Source: Leptospira sp. (GTDB taxonomy: Bacteria; Spirochaetota; Leptospiria; Leptospirales; Leptospiraceae). From it: a stretch of DNA of 64,000 nucleotides. Every line of letters starts with the position of its first letter. Positions within the stretch are counted from its first letter, which is position 1. The notes below the pieces were generated by a model. That model was not told the origin of the DNA, made no database searches, and saw nothing but the letters and a program-made list of their open reading frames with translations. This document shows, in pieces, positions 31,756 through 40,517 of this stretch. The position numbers and the translations under genes are program-made. The DNA is taken from contig JAWXAQ010000002.1 of the NCBI GenBank assembly GCA_034439575.1, positions 192,001 to 256,000 on the forward strand, given 5' to 3'.

Positions 31756-32703
31756 TTAATTCCCAGAGCTAATCCTAGTTACATTCACACTAATGGTTCT
31801 TTCTGAACTTTGACCACTAAAGTCAGTAGCTTTTGTTTTAATCAGATTTTCTCCCGTTTTTAAATTCACTACACCTACAAGATATCTATCCTTAAAAAAC
31901 AAATCATCAAACGTATAACCATTATAAGTTTTCCATTTCCCCTTTTCAAAATGGATGCTATCAAACTTAGTTTTTTTAACAACCTCGCCATTAAAAATAA
32001 ATTCTAAATCACGAATCCCACGACGTTGGCTATTTTTCATTCCCCCATCAAATATACTCACTGTTAGTGGGAATGCTTTGGATACATTGATATTATCACC
32101 ATCGTTAATATTGGTGTATGTTTCGCCCACGTGAATAAATAAATTCGCAATTTGAGGTGGCATGATATCTTCTAATTTTGGCAGATAACTGAGAGGATCT
32201 AGGAGTGTTTTACCATAGTCTTTACCGAGGACAAAATGAAGGTGTCCACCACTTGAGTGCCCAGTATTTCCTGAAATGCCTATCGGATCTCCAGATTTAA
32301 TAGTTTTGTTTGAGCGAATATTCTCATGTCGTGAACCGGCCAAGTGATAGTATCCGCTAATATAACTATCTTTATGAGCGATCCAAACGATATTCCCTGA
32401 CCCACGTTCATCTTCGAAAGGATTGTCTTCGGCATAACGAGAATACAACACATAACCGTCTGAAAGACTATGTACTGGCTGTAAGACGGACGAAATATCC
32501 AAACCATTATGAAAGTGGTCTTTACGTGATTCTCCGAATGTGCTTGTAATCAGTGGGGCGAGGTCTAAATCTTTAATCGGCCATTGAAAGTTAGGTTTGG
32601 TATCTTGAGCAAAAAGACTATAAAATGAAAAATAAACAGAAAAGGAGATTAAAAAGAAAAGAAAACTTGCCACTTTGAATTGATATAGAACACTACTTTT
32701 CAT
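31756..32703 (-). CDS. M23 family metallopeptidase
   Basis: HFHNGLDI (HxxxD), GYYHL, GNTGHSSGGHLHF; hydrophobic signal segment; exact start uncertain. Confidence 0.88.
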   Translation of the reverse strand: MKSSVLYQFKVASFLFFLISFSVYFSFYSLFAQDTKPNFQWPIKDLDLAPLITSTFGESRKDHFHNGLDISSVLQPVHSLSDGYVLYSRYAEDNPFEDERGSGNIVWIAHKDSYISGYYHLAGSRHENIRSNKTIKSGDPIGISGNTGHSSGGHLHFVLGKDYGKTLLDPLSYLPKLEDIMPPQIANLFIHVGETYTNINDGDNINVSKAFPLTVSIFDGGMKNSQRRGIRDLEFIFNGEVVKKTKFDSIHFEKGKWKTYNGYTFDDLFFKDRYLVGVVNLKTGENLIKTKATDFSGQSSERTISVNVTRISSGN

Positions 32704-32748
32704 ATTTATGAAAATCTTTTCTTCGGGTTCATTTCGGGAAACAACATA

Positions 32749-33666
32749 ATGTCTTTGGTGACTCATTCAAATGAAGAAATATTGCAATTGGTCCAAAAGT
32801 GTGGGACAGGTGATATTGAGGCCCTTCGCCGATTTTTCGATTTATATTCAAAGGATATTTACAACTTTCCCATTCGTGTCTTTCACCTTGCAGAAGATGA
32901 CGCATCCGATTTTTATATTTATGCTTTTGAAAGGTTAAAATCTGGAAAACGATTCAATAGTTTTGTCGGAAAATCGAGTTTTAAAACTTGGTTTTTTTCA
33001 GTCCTCCGCAATCTGCTGATTGATTGGCAGAGAACGAAACGAGAATTAAAAATTCAATCCCTCAATAAATATAATAAGGACGGAGTAGAATATAACACGA
33101 TCGAAGATGAACCTGATTTACGTCCTGACGCTCGTCTCAAAGCTGAGGCACTTTCTGAAAAATTTCAATTTGCCATTCATGATATTAAAATAGAAAACAG
33201 AATCGTTTTCAAACTATCTTTTATTTATTATCTACATTTAGATCCCGAAGAAATACAATTTATCGCTTCAAAAAATGGGATTTCCATCGAAGAAGTCAAA
33301 TTGGAAATTCTTCGTTTAAGGGAAGTTATGTCAGAGAAGGAAGAAGAGAATATCAAACTTGAAGACAAGATAACTTCCTTATATTTGAATATACTAGATT
33401 TAAAAGAACAACAAAGATTAAACGCCAATGGCAATTCTTCAGAAGCGATTCATTTACGGGAAAGATTGGAACACTCTCTTCATAAGAAATATGAACAGAG
33501 AAAGAAATTGATCGAAAAAAAGCAAAGAGGTCATTTTTTAGTACGAACACCTTACCGTGAAATTTCCCGAATTTTGGGTGTTTCTGAGGGCGGAGTGAGC
33601 GTAACTTTGCTTAGAGTGATGGAAAAAATTCAAAAAAAGTACAAATTTTTTAATGAAGAATCCTAA
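32749..33666 (+). CDS. ECF-type sigma-70 family RNA polymerase sigma factor with large region-4 insertion
   Basis: Region 2: GDIEALRRFFDLY...DDASDF...SSFKTWFFSVLRNLLIDWQR; region-4 HTH: PYREISRILGVSEGGVSVTLLR. Confidence 0.88.
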   Translation: MSLVTHSNEEILQLVQKCGTGDIEALRRFFDLYSKDIYNFPIRVFHLAEDDASDFYIYAFERLKSGKRFNSFVGKSSFKTWFFSVLRNLLIDWQRTKRELKIQSLNKYNKDGVEYNTIEDEPDLRPDARLKAEALSEKFQFAIHDIKIENRIVFKLSFIYYLHLDPEEIQFIASKNGISIEEVKLEILRLREVMSEKEEENIKLEDKITSLYLNILDLKEQQRLNANGNSSEAIHLRERLEHSLHKKYEQRKKLIEKKQRGHFLVRTPYREISRILGVSEGGVSVTLLRVMEKIQKKYKFFNEES

Positions 33667-33707
33667 AATTTTTCGTCATAATATCTTAAGATTGGAGTAG
33701 GCAGAGA

Positions 33708-34439
33708 ATGAAAAAAGCAGATATGTGCGATACCGATTGCTCCAAAGAGAAAATCCGTGAGTGGTTTCTTTCAGGGAAAGAAATTTCTAGTGAATTGTTA
33801 GTTTCTTGTGATGAATGTTTCCAGGAATTTACGGCTTGCGAAGAGAGCATAGTATCCCTATTTCCAGAGCATACAATTGTAACTTCTTCGCCCCAATTTG
33901 CTGCGTTCTATGAAGAACTAGATTTAGCAAAGGCAGAGAAGGCCATGTCAGTCACACACGAACTTCCCGATTTTTTAAAACACTATACTTCGGAAAATTT
34001 GGCTTTGCCTGAACGTAAAGATGCGCTACTGATTCGCCTCTCTCAAAAAGGAATCCAAGTCATAAATTCGCTTTTAGAGACAGTAAAAGTAGTGGAATCA
34101 ATGACTCCAATGCCGATCCTTCGCAATGCCGTAGATGCTATGTCACCTGACCATACTTCGGTGATCTTTGAAGAAACCGTTTCCAATGACCAAATATTTT
34201 ATTACCAAATTGTCAAAGAAACATCTGATGACATTTATCTAAGTGTGAAAGCTCAATCTAGTATTCCGAATTTGTTTCATCAAGTGAACCTTCGTAAGGA
34301 TGGAAGATTTATTTTATCGAGTAAAATTGCAGTAGATGGAATGGCAAGTTTTGCTGGTCTAAAAGCTGGGAATTATACTATAGAATTTCAAGGTGATGGC
34401 CAAGCAAAATCATTTGACTTAAGTATACTTGTAGGGTAA
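33708..34439 (+). CDS. Putative soluble anti-sigma factor (N-terminal Cys/zinc-finger-like, C-terminal beta-sandwich)
   Basis: Immediately downstream of the sigma gene with GGAG RBS; N-terminal C-x3-C ... LVSCDEC; no TM; C-terminal DGMASFAGLKAGNYTIEF. Confidence 0.5.
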   Translation: MKKADMCDTDCSKEKIREWFLSGKEISSELLVSCDECFQEFTACEESIVSLFPEHTIVTSSPQFAAFYEELDLAKAEKAMSVTHELPDFLKHYTSENLALPERKDALLIRLSQKGIQVINSLLETVKVVESMTPMPILRNAVDAMSPDHTSVIFEETVSNDQIFYYQIVKETSDDIYLSVKAQSSIPNLFHQVNLRKDGRFILSSKIAVDGMASFAGLKAGNYTIEFQGDGQAKSFDLSILVG

Positions 34440-34449
34440 TCTGCTATGT

Positions 34450-36267
34450 ATGCTTTCTCTTATCATTGATCGCGTTGGGAATGTAAATATTTTCAATGTT
34501 CTAGACGGAAATATTCCTGGAGAAGAGTCACACATTCAATCAACGATCGACGATGATCTGATTTTAGAATATATCAATGAAGTTGAGAAACTCGTTCGAG
34601 TTTCCCAAGCAGTTCTCAATCATTCAAATAACATGGTCAATGCGGATATCCTTCAAGATCTGCGTATTTTAGGCGAAACTTTTTATAAACAATTTTTTCC
34701 TGAGTCCATCATACACAAGTTAAAGACCACACAAAGAAAAAGCATACATTTTAATATTGATCCCACATTGGCACTAATTCCATGGGAGTTGCTTCATGAT
34801 GGAAATTCGTTTTTATCTGATCATTTTCGCATTGGCAAAACGATTCGAGGAGGTGTTCACAAATCACCTCATCGCCCGAACCAAATCATTAAAATGTTAA
34901 TCATTGCGGATCCTACAGAAGATTTGCCTGGAGCACAAAAAGAAGGGGAGGCGTTATTTACAATTTTAAGTCAAAAAGTTCCTTCTCATTTACTAGAATT
35001 GGAATATATCGGCGGTCGGCAAGTCACCAAACTAAAGTTACTTTCTTTGATTAAAGACAAACATATCATTCACTACTCTGGACATTTACATTTTTCGGAC
35101 AATTCTTTAGAGAATGGATGGCTTTTATCTGATGATAAAATTTTGAAAGCAAGAGAAATCAAATCATCAGGAATTAGTACAGATCTCGTTTTTTCAAATT
35201 CTTGTATGTCCGCAAAGACTTCTGGAAAAAAAATAAATACTGACATTTTAAACCAACATGCAGGTGCTTTTTTAACCGCTGGAATCAAATCGTTTATTGG
35301 AACCAATTGGGAAATACTGGATAACCAAAGAACGATTGATTTTACCATCAGATTTTATACTTCACTTTTTGCACAAAAATCAGTGGGTGAATCATTGTAC
35401 TTAGCTAAAGAATTTGCGAGAAGGAATTTTTCATCACATGACCTAACATGGGCAAATTATTCTCTTTTTGGAAATCCTGATTTTGCATTAATTTCCGAAC
35501 AAAGTTCCATACTACCTTTACAAAAATTTTTGAATCCTTCGCAAGTTTGTGATTTATATCCTACACCCATTGCCAAAGCATATTCTAAATTTCTAATGAA
35601 ACAAAAATCAAATTCCGCCGAATTAGAAATCCTCGAATCTGCAGTTAAGGTTTTTGAATCCTTAAGCCAAGTCGTTGGATTGATCGTATTTAGTGATCAC
35701 AAATTTCATTCTATGGATAAAGCGATTCCGAATAACCCTGATGATGCGCTTAATTTAAGAAAATGGTGGGAGTTGGTATATAGCTGTTTATGGGATTTTC
35801 AAAAATTAAAAATCTCCACTTTCATGGACGCCATCACTGAAAAATTAAACCAACAAAAAGATACTATTTTTAAAATTGTGAATTGGCTTGAGTCCTGGGA
35901 AGATAAAAAAATTCAAAAGGAAGAATATGAATCCTATTTGATAATATTTCAATTTTTCATTGATAATTTATTATTCGATTTGAAAGAACTTGAGAATGTT
36001 AACATCTTACTCGTTTCAGAAAATCAAAATCCACATTATTATTTTAAGGGCATCAAACCTACATACGGATCGATCTCAAATCCAGGTGCCAAATCTTCTT
36101 TGAATGATTTGATCTCGGTTTACAAAGGTTCGCTTGTACTGTATCATGATACAAAAAAATGTATCATACCCTACGCCACTTATTTTAAAGAAAGAAAAGA
36201 ATCGGGTGATTTGGAATTGGTTTTTAATGGTCTACTGCCATCAAAAATGGAGAAAAGTTCGGCTTGA
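34450..36267 (+). CDS. CHAT domain (caspase-like, clan CD) protease
   Basis: LALIPWELLHDG, LIIADPTEDLPGAQKEG, IIHYSGH (H212), LVFSNSC (C252), FIGTNWEI, WANYSLFG. Confidence 0.9.
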   Translation: MLSLIIDRVGNVNIFNVLDGNIPGEESHIQSTIDDDLILEYINEVEKLVRVSQAVLNHSNNMVNADILQDLRILGETFYKQFFPESIIHKLKTTQRKSIHFNIDPTLALIPWELLHDGNSFLSDHFRIGKTIRGGVHKSPHRPNQIIKMLIIADPTEDLPGAQKEGEALFTILSQKVPSHLLELEYIGGRQVTKLKLLSLIKDKHIIHYSGHLHFSDNSLENGWLLSDDKILKAREIKSSGISTDLVFSNSCMSAKTSGKKINTDILNQHAGAFLTAGIKSFIGTNWEILDNQRTIDFTIRFYTSLFAQKSVGESLYLAKEFARRNFSSHDLTWANYSLFGNPDFALISEQSSILPLQKFLNPSQVCDLYPTPIAKAYSKFLMKQKSNSAELEILESAVKVFESLSQVVGLIVFSDHKFHSMDKAIPNNPDDALNLRKWWELVYSCLWDFQKLKISTFMDAITEKLNQQKDTIFKIVNWLESWEDKKIQKEEYESYLIIFQFFIDNLLFDLKELENVNILLVSENQNPHYYFKGIKPTYGSISNPGAKSSLNDLISVYKGSLVLYHDTKKCIIPYATYFKERKESGDLELVFNGLLPSKMEKSSA

Positions 36268-36968
36268 GTCTATGCCATCCAGATGAGGGTTCTGTATCCT
36301 GTGGTGCTTGTTGTGGACTTTTTAATTTAAAGCTAGATACAAACGGATATAAGACCTTACTCTCCGAGCGCACGTTAAACTTCCATTCATCTGTAAATTT
36401 TAATGAACGGCATACCATAGCCGCATATAGACAAGATCGTGAAAAAATAGAACAATCATTTTTAAAAAATGATGAAACTACATACAATTGCCCTTACCTT
36501 GGTTATGTGGACAAAAAGTCATCAAAAATAGGATGTATGATACATCCTATTTTCACAGGTGATCCCAAAAGTCAGAATTTTTCCATTTATGGAACATCCA
36601 TTTGTCAAGCCTATGATTGCAAAAACAAAGAACACCTTGCCTCTACACTAATTGAATCATTTATTAATAGAGTCGCGAGAGATAGTGTGGAATATTCGCA
36701 TCTTGCTTCAGACCATATACTTTTCTTTGTGATTCAAAATTGGTTAAGTATAAAATCTTGGAGTTTATCGGAAGGGTTTTTGAAATTTGAAAGTTTGATA
36801 TTAGAGATTTTAGAATTGAGACTAAAGAAAATTTCTAAATATTTTCCCACATCCTTTGAAATTCGTTTTGAAAATTTCATTTCTGAAGAGGAAATTTATT
36901 CTTATTTTTATGAGTTGTTAGGGGAAGATATGACAGCTAAAATGAAAAATGCCCCAGCGAGAGTTTAA
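36264..36968 (+). CDS. Cysteine-cluster protein (YkgJ/CxxCxxCC-like Zn/Fe-chelating)
   Basis: LC...SCGACCG, CPYLG, GCMIHP, ICQAYDC; TTG start overlaps the CHAT stop (TTGA). Confidence 0.6.
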   Translation: MSLCHPDEGSVSCGACCGLFNLKLDTNGYKTLLSERTLNFHSSVNFNERHTIAAYRQDREKIEQSFLKNDETTYNCPYLGYVDKKSSKIGCMIHPIFTGDPKSQNFSIYGTSICQAYDCKNKEHLASTLIESFINRVARDSVEYSHLASDHILFFVIQNWLSIKSWSLSEGFLKFESLILEILELRLKKISKYFPTSFEIRFENFISEEEIYSYFYELLGEDMTAKMKNAPARV

Positions 36969-36981
36969 CACTCACCAGGGC
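36945..36981 (-). terminator. Intrinsic terminator of the phasin-like gene
   Basis: Minus strand GCCCTGGTGAG...CTCGCTGGGGC, an 11-bp stem with three G-U pairs that form only on this strand, followed by ATTTTT. Confidence 0.7.
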
Positions 36982-37006
36982 TTTGCTTACAATCCAAAAG
37001 ATTAAA

Positions 37007-37273
37007 TTAAGCTTTTGAAGTTACAGAAGAAACTTTTTGTTTTGCTTCTTCTACAGTAGCATTTACTTTTCCAGCTAGAACTTCTAATTGAGAAATTCCT
37101 TCTTGAAGGTATTTTCTAAGGTTAACAGAAGTTTCGCTTTGGTCTTGTGCACCTTTCGCTGCAAGAGTTTGAAATTCAGTGTTCAATTTTGAAATCGCTG
37201 ATTCAGTTTCAGTTTTTACAGTAGTTACTGCGCCTAAGATAAAGTTTAATCCGTCTTTTACAACTTGTTCCAT
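37007..37273 (-). CDS. Small phasin-like helical protein
   Basis: 88 aa amphipathic; LNFILGAV...FQTLAAKG pattern; GAGG RBS; own terminator. Confidence 0.6.
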   Translation of the reverse strand: MEQVVKDGLNFILGAVTTVKTETESAISKLNTEFQTLAAKGAQDQSETSVNLRKYLQEGISQLEVLAGKVNATVEEAKQKVSSVTSKA

Positions 37274-37389
37274 TTTTCGGTTCCTCGTTTAAATGTTTGT
37301 GCATTGCACTATTCCTTTTTGTGCACTGCACCGAAAACGTCAACCTTATTTTTAACTTTTTTTACAGGCCTCAGAAAAAAAAATGTCAT

Positions 37390-38463
37390 ATGCCCAATGA
37401 GCCTTTTTTACCCATTTCCTGGACAAATTCCTCACTTCAATTATTGGACCAAAGGCTTTTGCCCCTAAAGAAGGTTTTTCTACACATTGAATCCCTAGAT
37501 GAGACAGTGTTTGCAATTAAAGAAATGGCTGTTAGGGGAGCTCCAGCCATTGCCATCACTGGAATTTTTGGTCTAGCCCTTGGTGCCAAGGCGAAATCGG
37601 GAAATGTAAGTCCGACTGATGTTAAGAACTTAATCAAAAAAATACATGAGTCTCGTCCGACGGCTGTTAACCTTAGTTATGCCTTAAAAGAAGCAGAAAT
37701 CCGCATTCAAAACAGTACTACTTGGGACTCCATTTATACAATTTGGGAAGCATTTGGCAAAGAGTTGATGTTAAATGATCTAAGCGACAATTTAAAATTA
37801 GGTGAAAATGGAATCAAATTGTTTGATCCATCGAACGAAGAATTTCATATTATCACTCATTGCAATACGGGTGCTCTCGCTACGGCAGGACATGGGACTG
37901 CCCTTGGTGTCATTCGTTCTCTAAGAGATGCTGGAAAAAAAGTAATCGTATACGCAGATGAAACTAGACCATTTTTGCAAGGTTCCAGGTTGACTGCATT
38001 TGAAATGATGGAAGAAGGTATCGAGTGTTATATCATCACCGATGGTATGTCTGGTTGGCTTATGAACTCACGTAAGATTGATGCCGTTATCGTTGGTTGT
38101 GACCGTGTGGCACAAAATGGAGACACAGCTAACAAAATTGGCACAATGAACTTAGCGATAGTCGCTAAAAACTTCCAAATTCCTTTTTATGTTTGTGCGA
38201 CAAAAGATAGTTTTGATCTGAATTTAGAATCAGGAAAAAGTATCCCGATTGAAATGCGAAGGGAAGAAGAAGTGACAAGGTTTGATTTTATTAAAAAAAG
38301 TGACGGTGAGGTTTATATGGAAGCTGGCATGACTTCACCACTTGGGGCAAGAGCCTTGAATCCTTCTTTTGATGTCACACCGCATTCGTTGATAACTTCT
38401 TTCATAACAGAATTTGGCTGTTTTCCTCCATCTGAAATTTCAAATCGTCTAAAACAAAGGTAA
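37390..38463 (+). CDS. mtnA: S-methyl-5-thioribose-1-phosphate isomerase
   Basis: LLDQRLLP, MAVRGAPAIA, SRPTAVNL, THCNTGALATAGHGTALG, ETRPFLQGSRLT. Confidence 0.95.
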   Translation: MPNEPFLPISWTNSSLQLLDQRLLPLKKVFLHIESLDETVFAIKEMAVRGAPAIAITGIFGLALGAKAKSGNVSPTDVKNLIKKIHESRPTAVNLSYALKEAEIRIQNSTTWDSIYTIWEAFGKELMLNDLSDNLKLGENGIKLFDPSNEEFHIITHCNTGALATAGHGTALGVIRSLRDAGKKVIVYADETRPFLQGSRLTAFEMMEEGIECYIITDGMSGWLMNSRKIDAVIVGCDRVAQNGDTANKIGTMNLAIVAKNFQIPFYVCATKDSFDLNLESGKSIPIEMRREEEVTRFDFIKKSDGEVYMEAGMTSPLGARALNPSFDVTPHSLITSFITEFGCFPPSEISNRLKQR

Positions 38464-38466
38464 TAT

Positions 38467-38976
38467 ATGGAAGAAATAGCAACACTTGGGGGCGGATGTT
38501 TTTGGTGTGTAGAAGCCGTGTTTATTCGAATCCCTGGAATCATTTCACTTACTTCTGGTTATGCTGGGGGAAAAACAAAAAATCCCACGTACAAAGAAAT
38601 CTGCACGGGAACGACAGGACATGCCGAAGTCATTCAAATTAAATTCAATAATACTATGATCAGTTATTCGCAAGTATTAGATATTTTTTGGCATGCACAT
38701 GATCCCACAACTTTGAACCGTCAGGGCAATGATGTGGGAACTCAATATCGATCAGTGATATTTTACCATGATGAAAAACAAAAACTCATCGCTGAAAATT
38801 CTAAATTAGAATCAGCGTATTTATTTCCAAAACCTATCGTTACTGAAATTTCCCCGCTTCCTGAATTTTATCCAGCGGAAGATTACCATCAAAACTATTT
38901 TGAAAATAATCCAACAAATCCATATTGCAATTATGTGATATTGCCAAAGTTGGAAAAGTTGGGATTAAAATTATAA
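38467..38976 (+). CDS. msrA: Peptide-methionine (S)-S-oxide reductase
   Basis: [39 protein letters not shown]. Confidence 0.97.
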   Translation: MEEIATLGGGCFWCVEAVFIRIPGIISLTSGYAGGKTKNPTYKEICTGTTGHAEVIQIKFNNTMISYSQVLDIFWHAHDPTTLNRQGNDVGTQYRSVIFYHDEKQKLIAENSKLESAYLFPKPIVTEISPLPEFYPAEDYHQNYFENNPTNPYCNYVILPKLEKLGLKL

Positions 38977-38979
38977 AAT

Positions 38980-40470
38980 CTATTTTGACGCTTTAAAAGC
39001 CGTCATCATAGCTTTGTCTTGATTTGGAAAAAAGTTCATGACAAATGAAGATTGGGATTTCGAGATTTTTTCAATCTGTCTTCTGTATTTGATCACAGCT
39101 CCAGGGTGAGCTGTATTGCGCACTACCACTTTCACATTATCAGTGCTATACCGAGCAGAGCGTAGTTCTTCCACTTTGGATTTTAATAATTCCAAAGTTT
39201 TTGATTTTTTTGAATACGCATCAAAAACATCTTTGAACTTTTGTTTCCTCGCCTCATCTAGGTTACCGCGCATTCTTTGAACTACTTCTTTGATTTTGTG
39301 AATTTCAGGTAAAACAGCTTCCAATTCTTTTTCTAATTCGATGAGTCTCGCCGAACCTTCGTTTAACAATCGATCATTTTTAAAATGGAATCCTACTTCG
39401 ACAGAAGTATCCATTTGTGCTGGTGATCCGAGGGAAGACATAGTAATTCCTTTATAGGCAATGACATCAGATCCGATTAAAGAAGAAGTTTCACCAGTAA
39501 GAACAATATTTCCTAAACAGTAAATCTTTGAGCCAAGGATAAAGTTTTCAATGATGCAATCTCCATCAACTTCAAGGATCGCATTTTCCACAAATTTTGT
39601 GCGAAGTTCTCCTTTGATCCTTATGACACCTTTCCCTTTGCCTTTCACGCCACCCTTAACTTCTAAGTCTTCACCAACAGTAACTTCAGAAGACTCAACA
39701 TTCCCTTCCAAATATAAAGAACCAGAACAAACAAGGACTGCTCCTTCTTCAATAGTTCCTTTCACTCGAATGGTTCCGTCAAAATTAATATTTCCCGTAC
39801 CTAATCCGATACTAGATTCAATGTTTAACTCTGGTGAGACGGTAAGTGAATTGTCAGTAGAAAATACCACACCACTAAGTGCCGCGTAATATTCTTTAAT
39901 TTGAAGACTTGGATTTTCAGGATCTGGAACAGTTTTTGGTAAAACATTTTTTCCGAGAGTGAGCTTGGGTCTATCAATGGGATTTGGATAAATCGGTTTT
40001 CCCTCTACGTCAATTCCTTGTTCGCCGGGAACTCCTTCAAAAAGGGAAGCTAATTTATCACCTTCATTAATGTGAATGTATTTATTAATATTTCTAAAAT
40101 CGGCACTGCCATCTTCTTTCAGAACAACTCTCTGGGCTCTTTGAAAAAAGAATTTAATCCATCCATTGATTCCTTGTTTGGCGGGAATGCCCTTGGCAAC
40201 AACGAACTCTAAAGTTGCTTTTTGTTGTTCCGTATCTTTTAAGGCAACTTGAATCGCTCGAGCCGCTTCTTCGACAGCTTTTAATTCAATACGATCTCTA
40301 TGTACTCCGCTGGATTCTACATATTCAAGTAGCACTAAGTGGTTTAATTCTCCACCCATGAGCCAAAGCGGTTTTGCTGTCATTATACAGCTAAGGCGGT
40401 CATCGGATATTTTGAAATTAAGTCCCCGACCGGGATTGAATTCTTGTGATGGACCTGGTGCTGAACTCAT
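38980..40470 (-). CDS. FapA / DUF342 family protein
   Basis: VAKGIPAKQGING, DGSADFRN, TGNINFDGTIRVKG beta-helix repeats, C-terminal coiled coil and HPGAVI. Confidence 0.85.
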   Translation of the reverse strand: MSSAPGPSQEFNPGRGLNFKISDDRLSCIMTAKPLWLMGGELNHLVLLEYVESSGVHRDRIELKAVEEAARAIQVALKDTEQQKATLEFVVAKGIPAKQGINGWIKFFFQRAQRVVLKEDGSADFRNINKYIHINEGDKLASLFEGVPGEQGIDVEGKPIYPNPIDRPKLTLGKNVLPKTVPDPENPSLQIKEYYAALSGVVFSTDNSLTVSPELNIESSIGLGTGNINFDGTIRVKGTIEEGAVLVCSGSLYLEGNVESSEVTVGEDLEVKGGVKGKGKGVIRIKGELRTKFVENAILEVDGDCIIENFILGSKIYCLGNIVLTGETSSLIGSDVIAYKGITMSSLGSPAQMDTSVEVGFHFKNDRLLNEGSARLIELEKELEAVLPEIHKIKEVVQRMRGNLDEARKQKFKDVFDAYSKKSKTLELLKSKVEELRSARYSTDNVKVVVRNTAHPGAVIKYRRQIEKISKSQSSFVMNFFPNQDKAMMTAFKASK

Positions 40471-40480
40471 TCTGTAGCTA

Positions 40481-40488
40481 TTATCGGC
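40481..40488 (-). promoter_or_regulatory. Sigma-28 consensus -10 box (GCCGATAA) upstream of FapA-like gene
   Basis: Exact GCCGATAA on the minus strand 10 nt upstream of the ATG; -35 weak. Confidence 0.45.
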
Positions 40489-40517
40489 ATCCCTAACTTA
40501 AAAACATAGTATTTAGT

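Noticed and set aside
32749-36968. Calling the sigma/CHAT operon a type III-E CRISPR or anti-phage locus
   Set aside because: No Cas7-11, repeat array, TPR-CHAT architecture or mobile-element context in the window; only the analogy is reported
37297-37389. Upstream TTG start for mtnA
   Set aside because: Homology begins at ATG 37390; the upstream stretch is the divergent promoter region
9152-38463. mtnC and mtnA as a methionine salvage cluster
   Set aside because: They are 28 kb apart and ordinary scattered housekeeping genes
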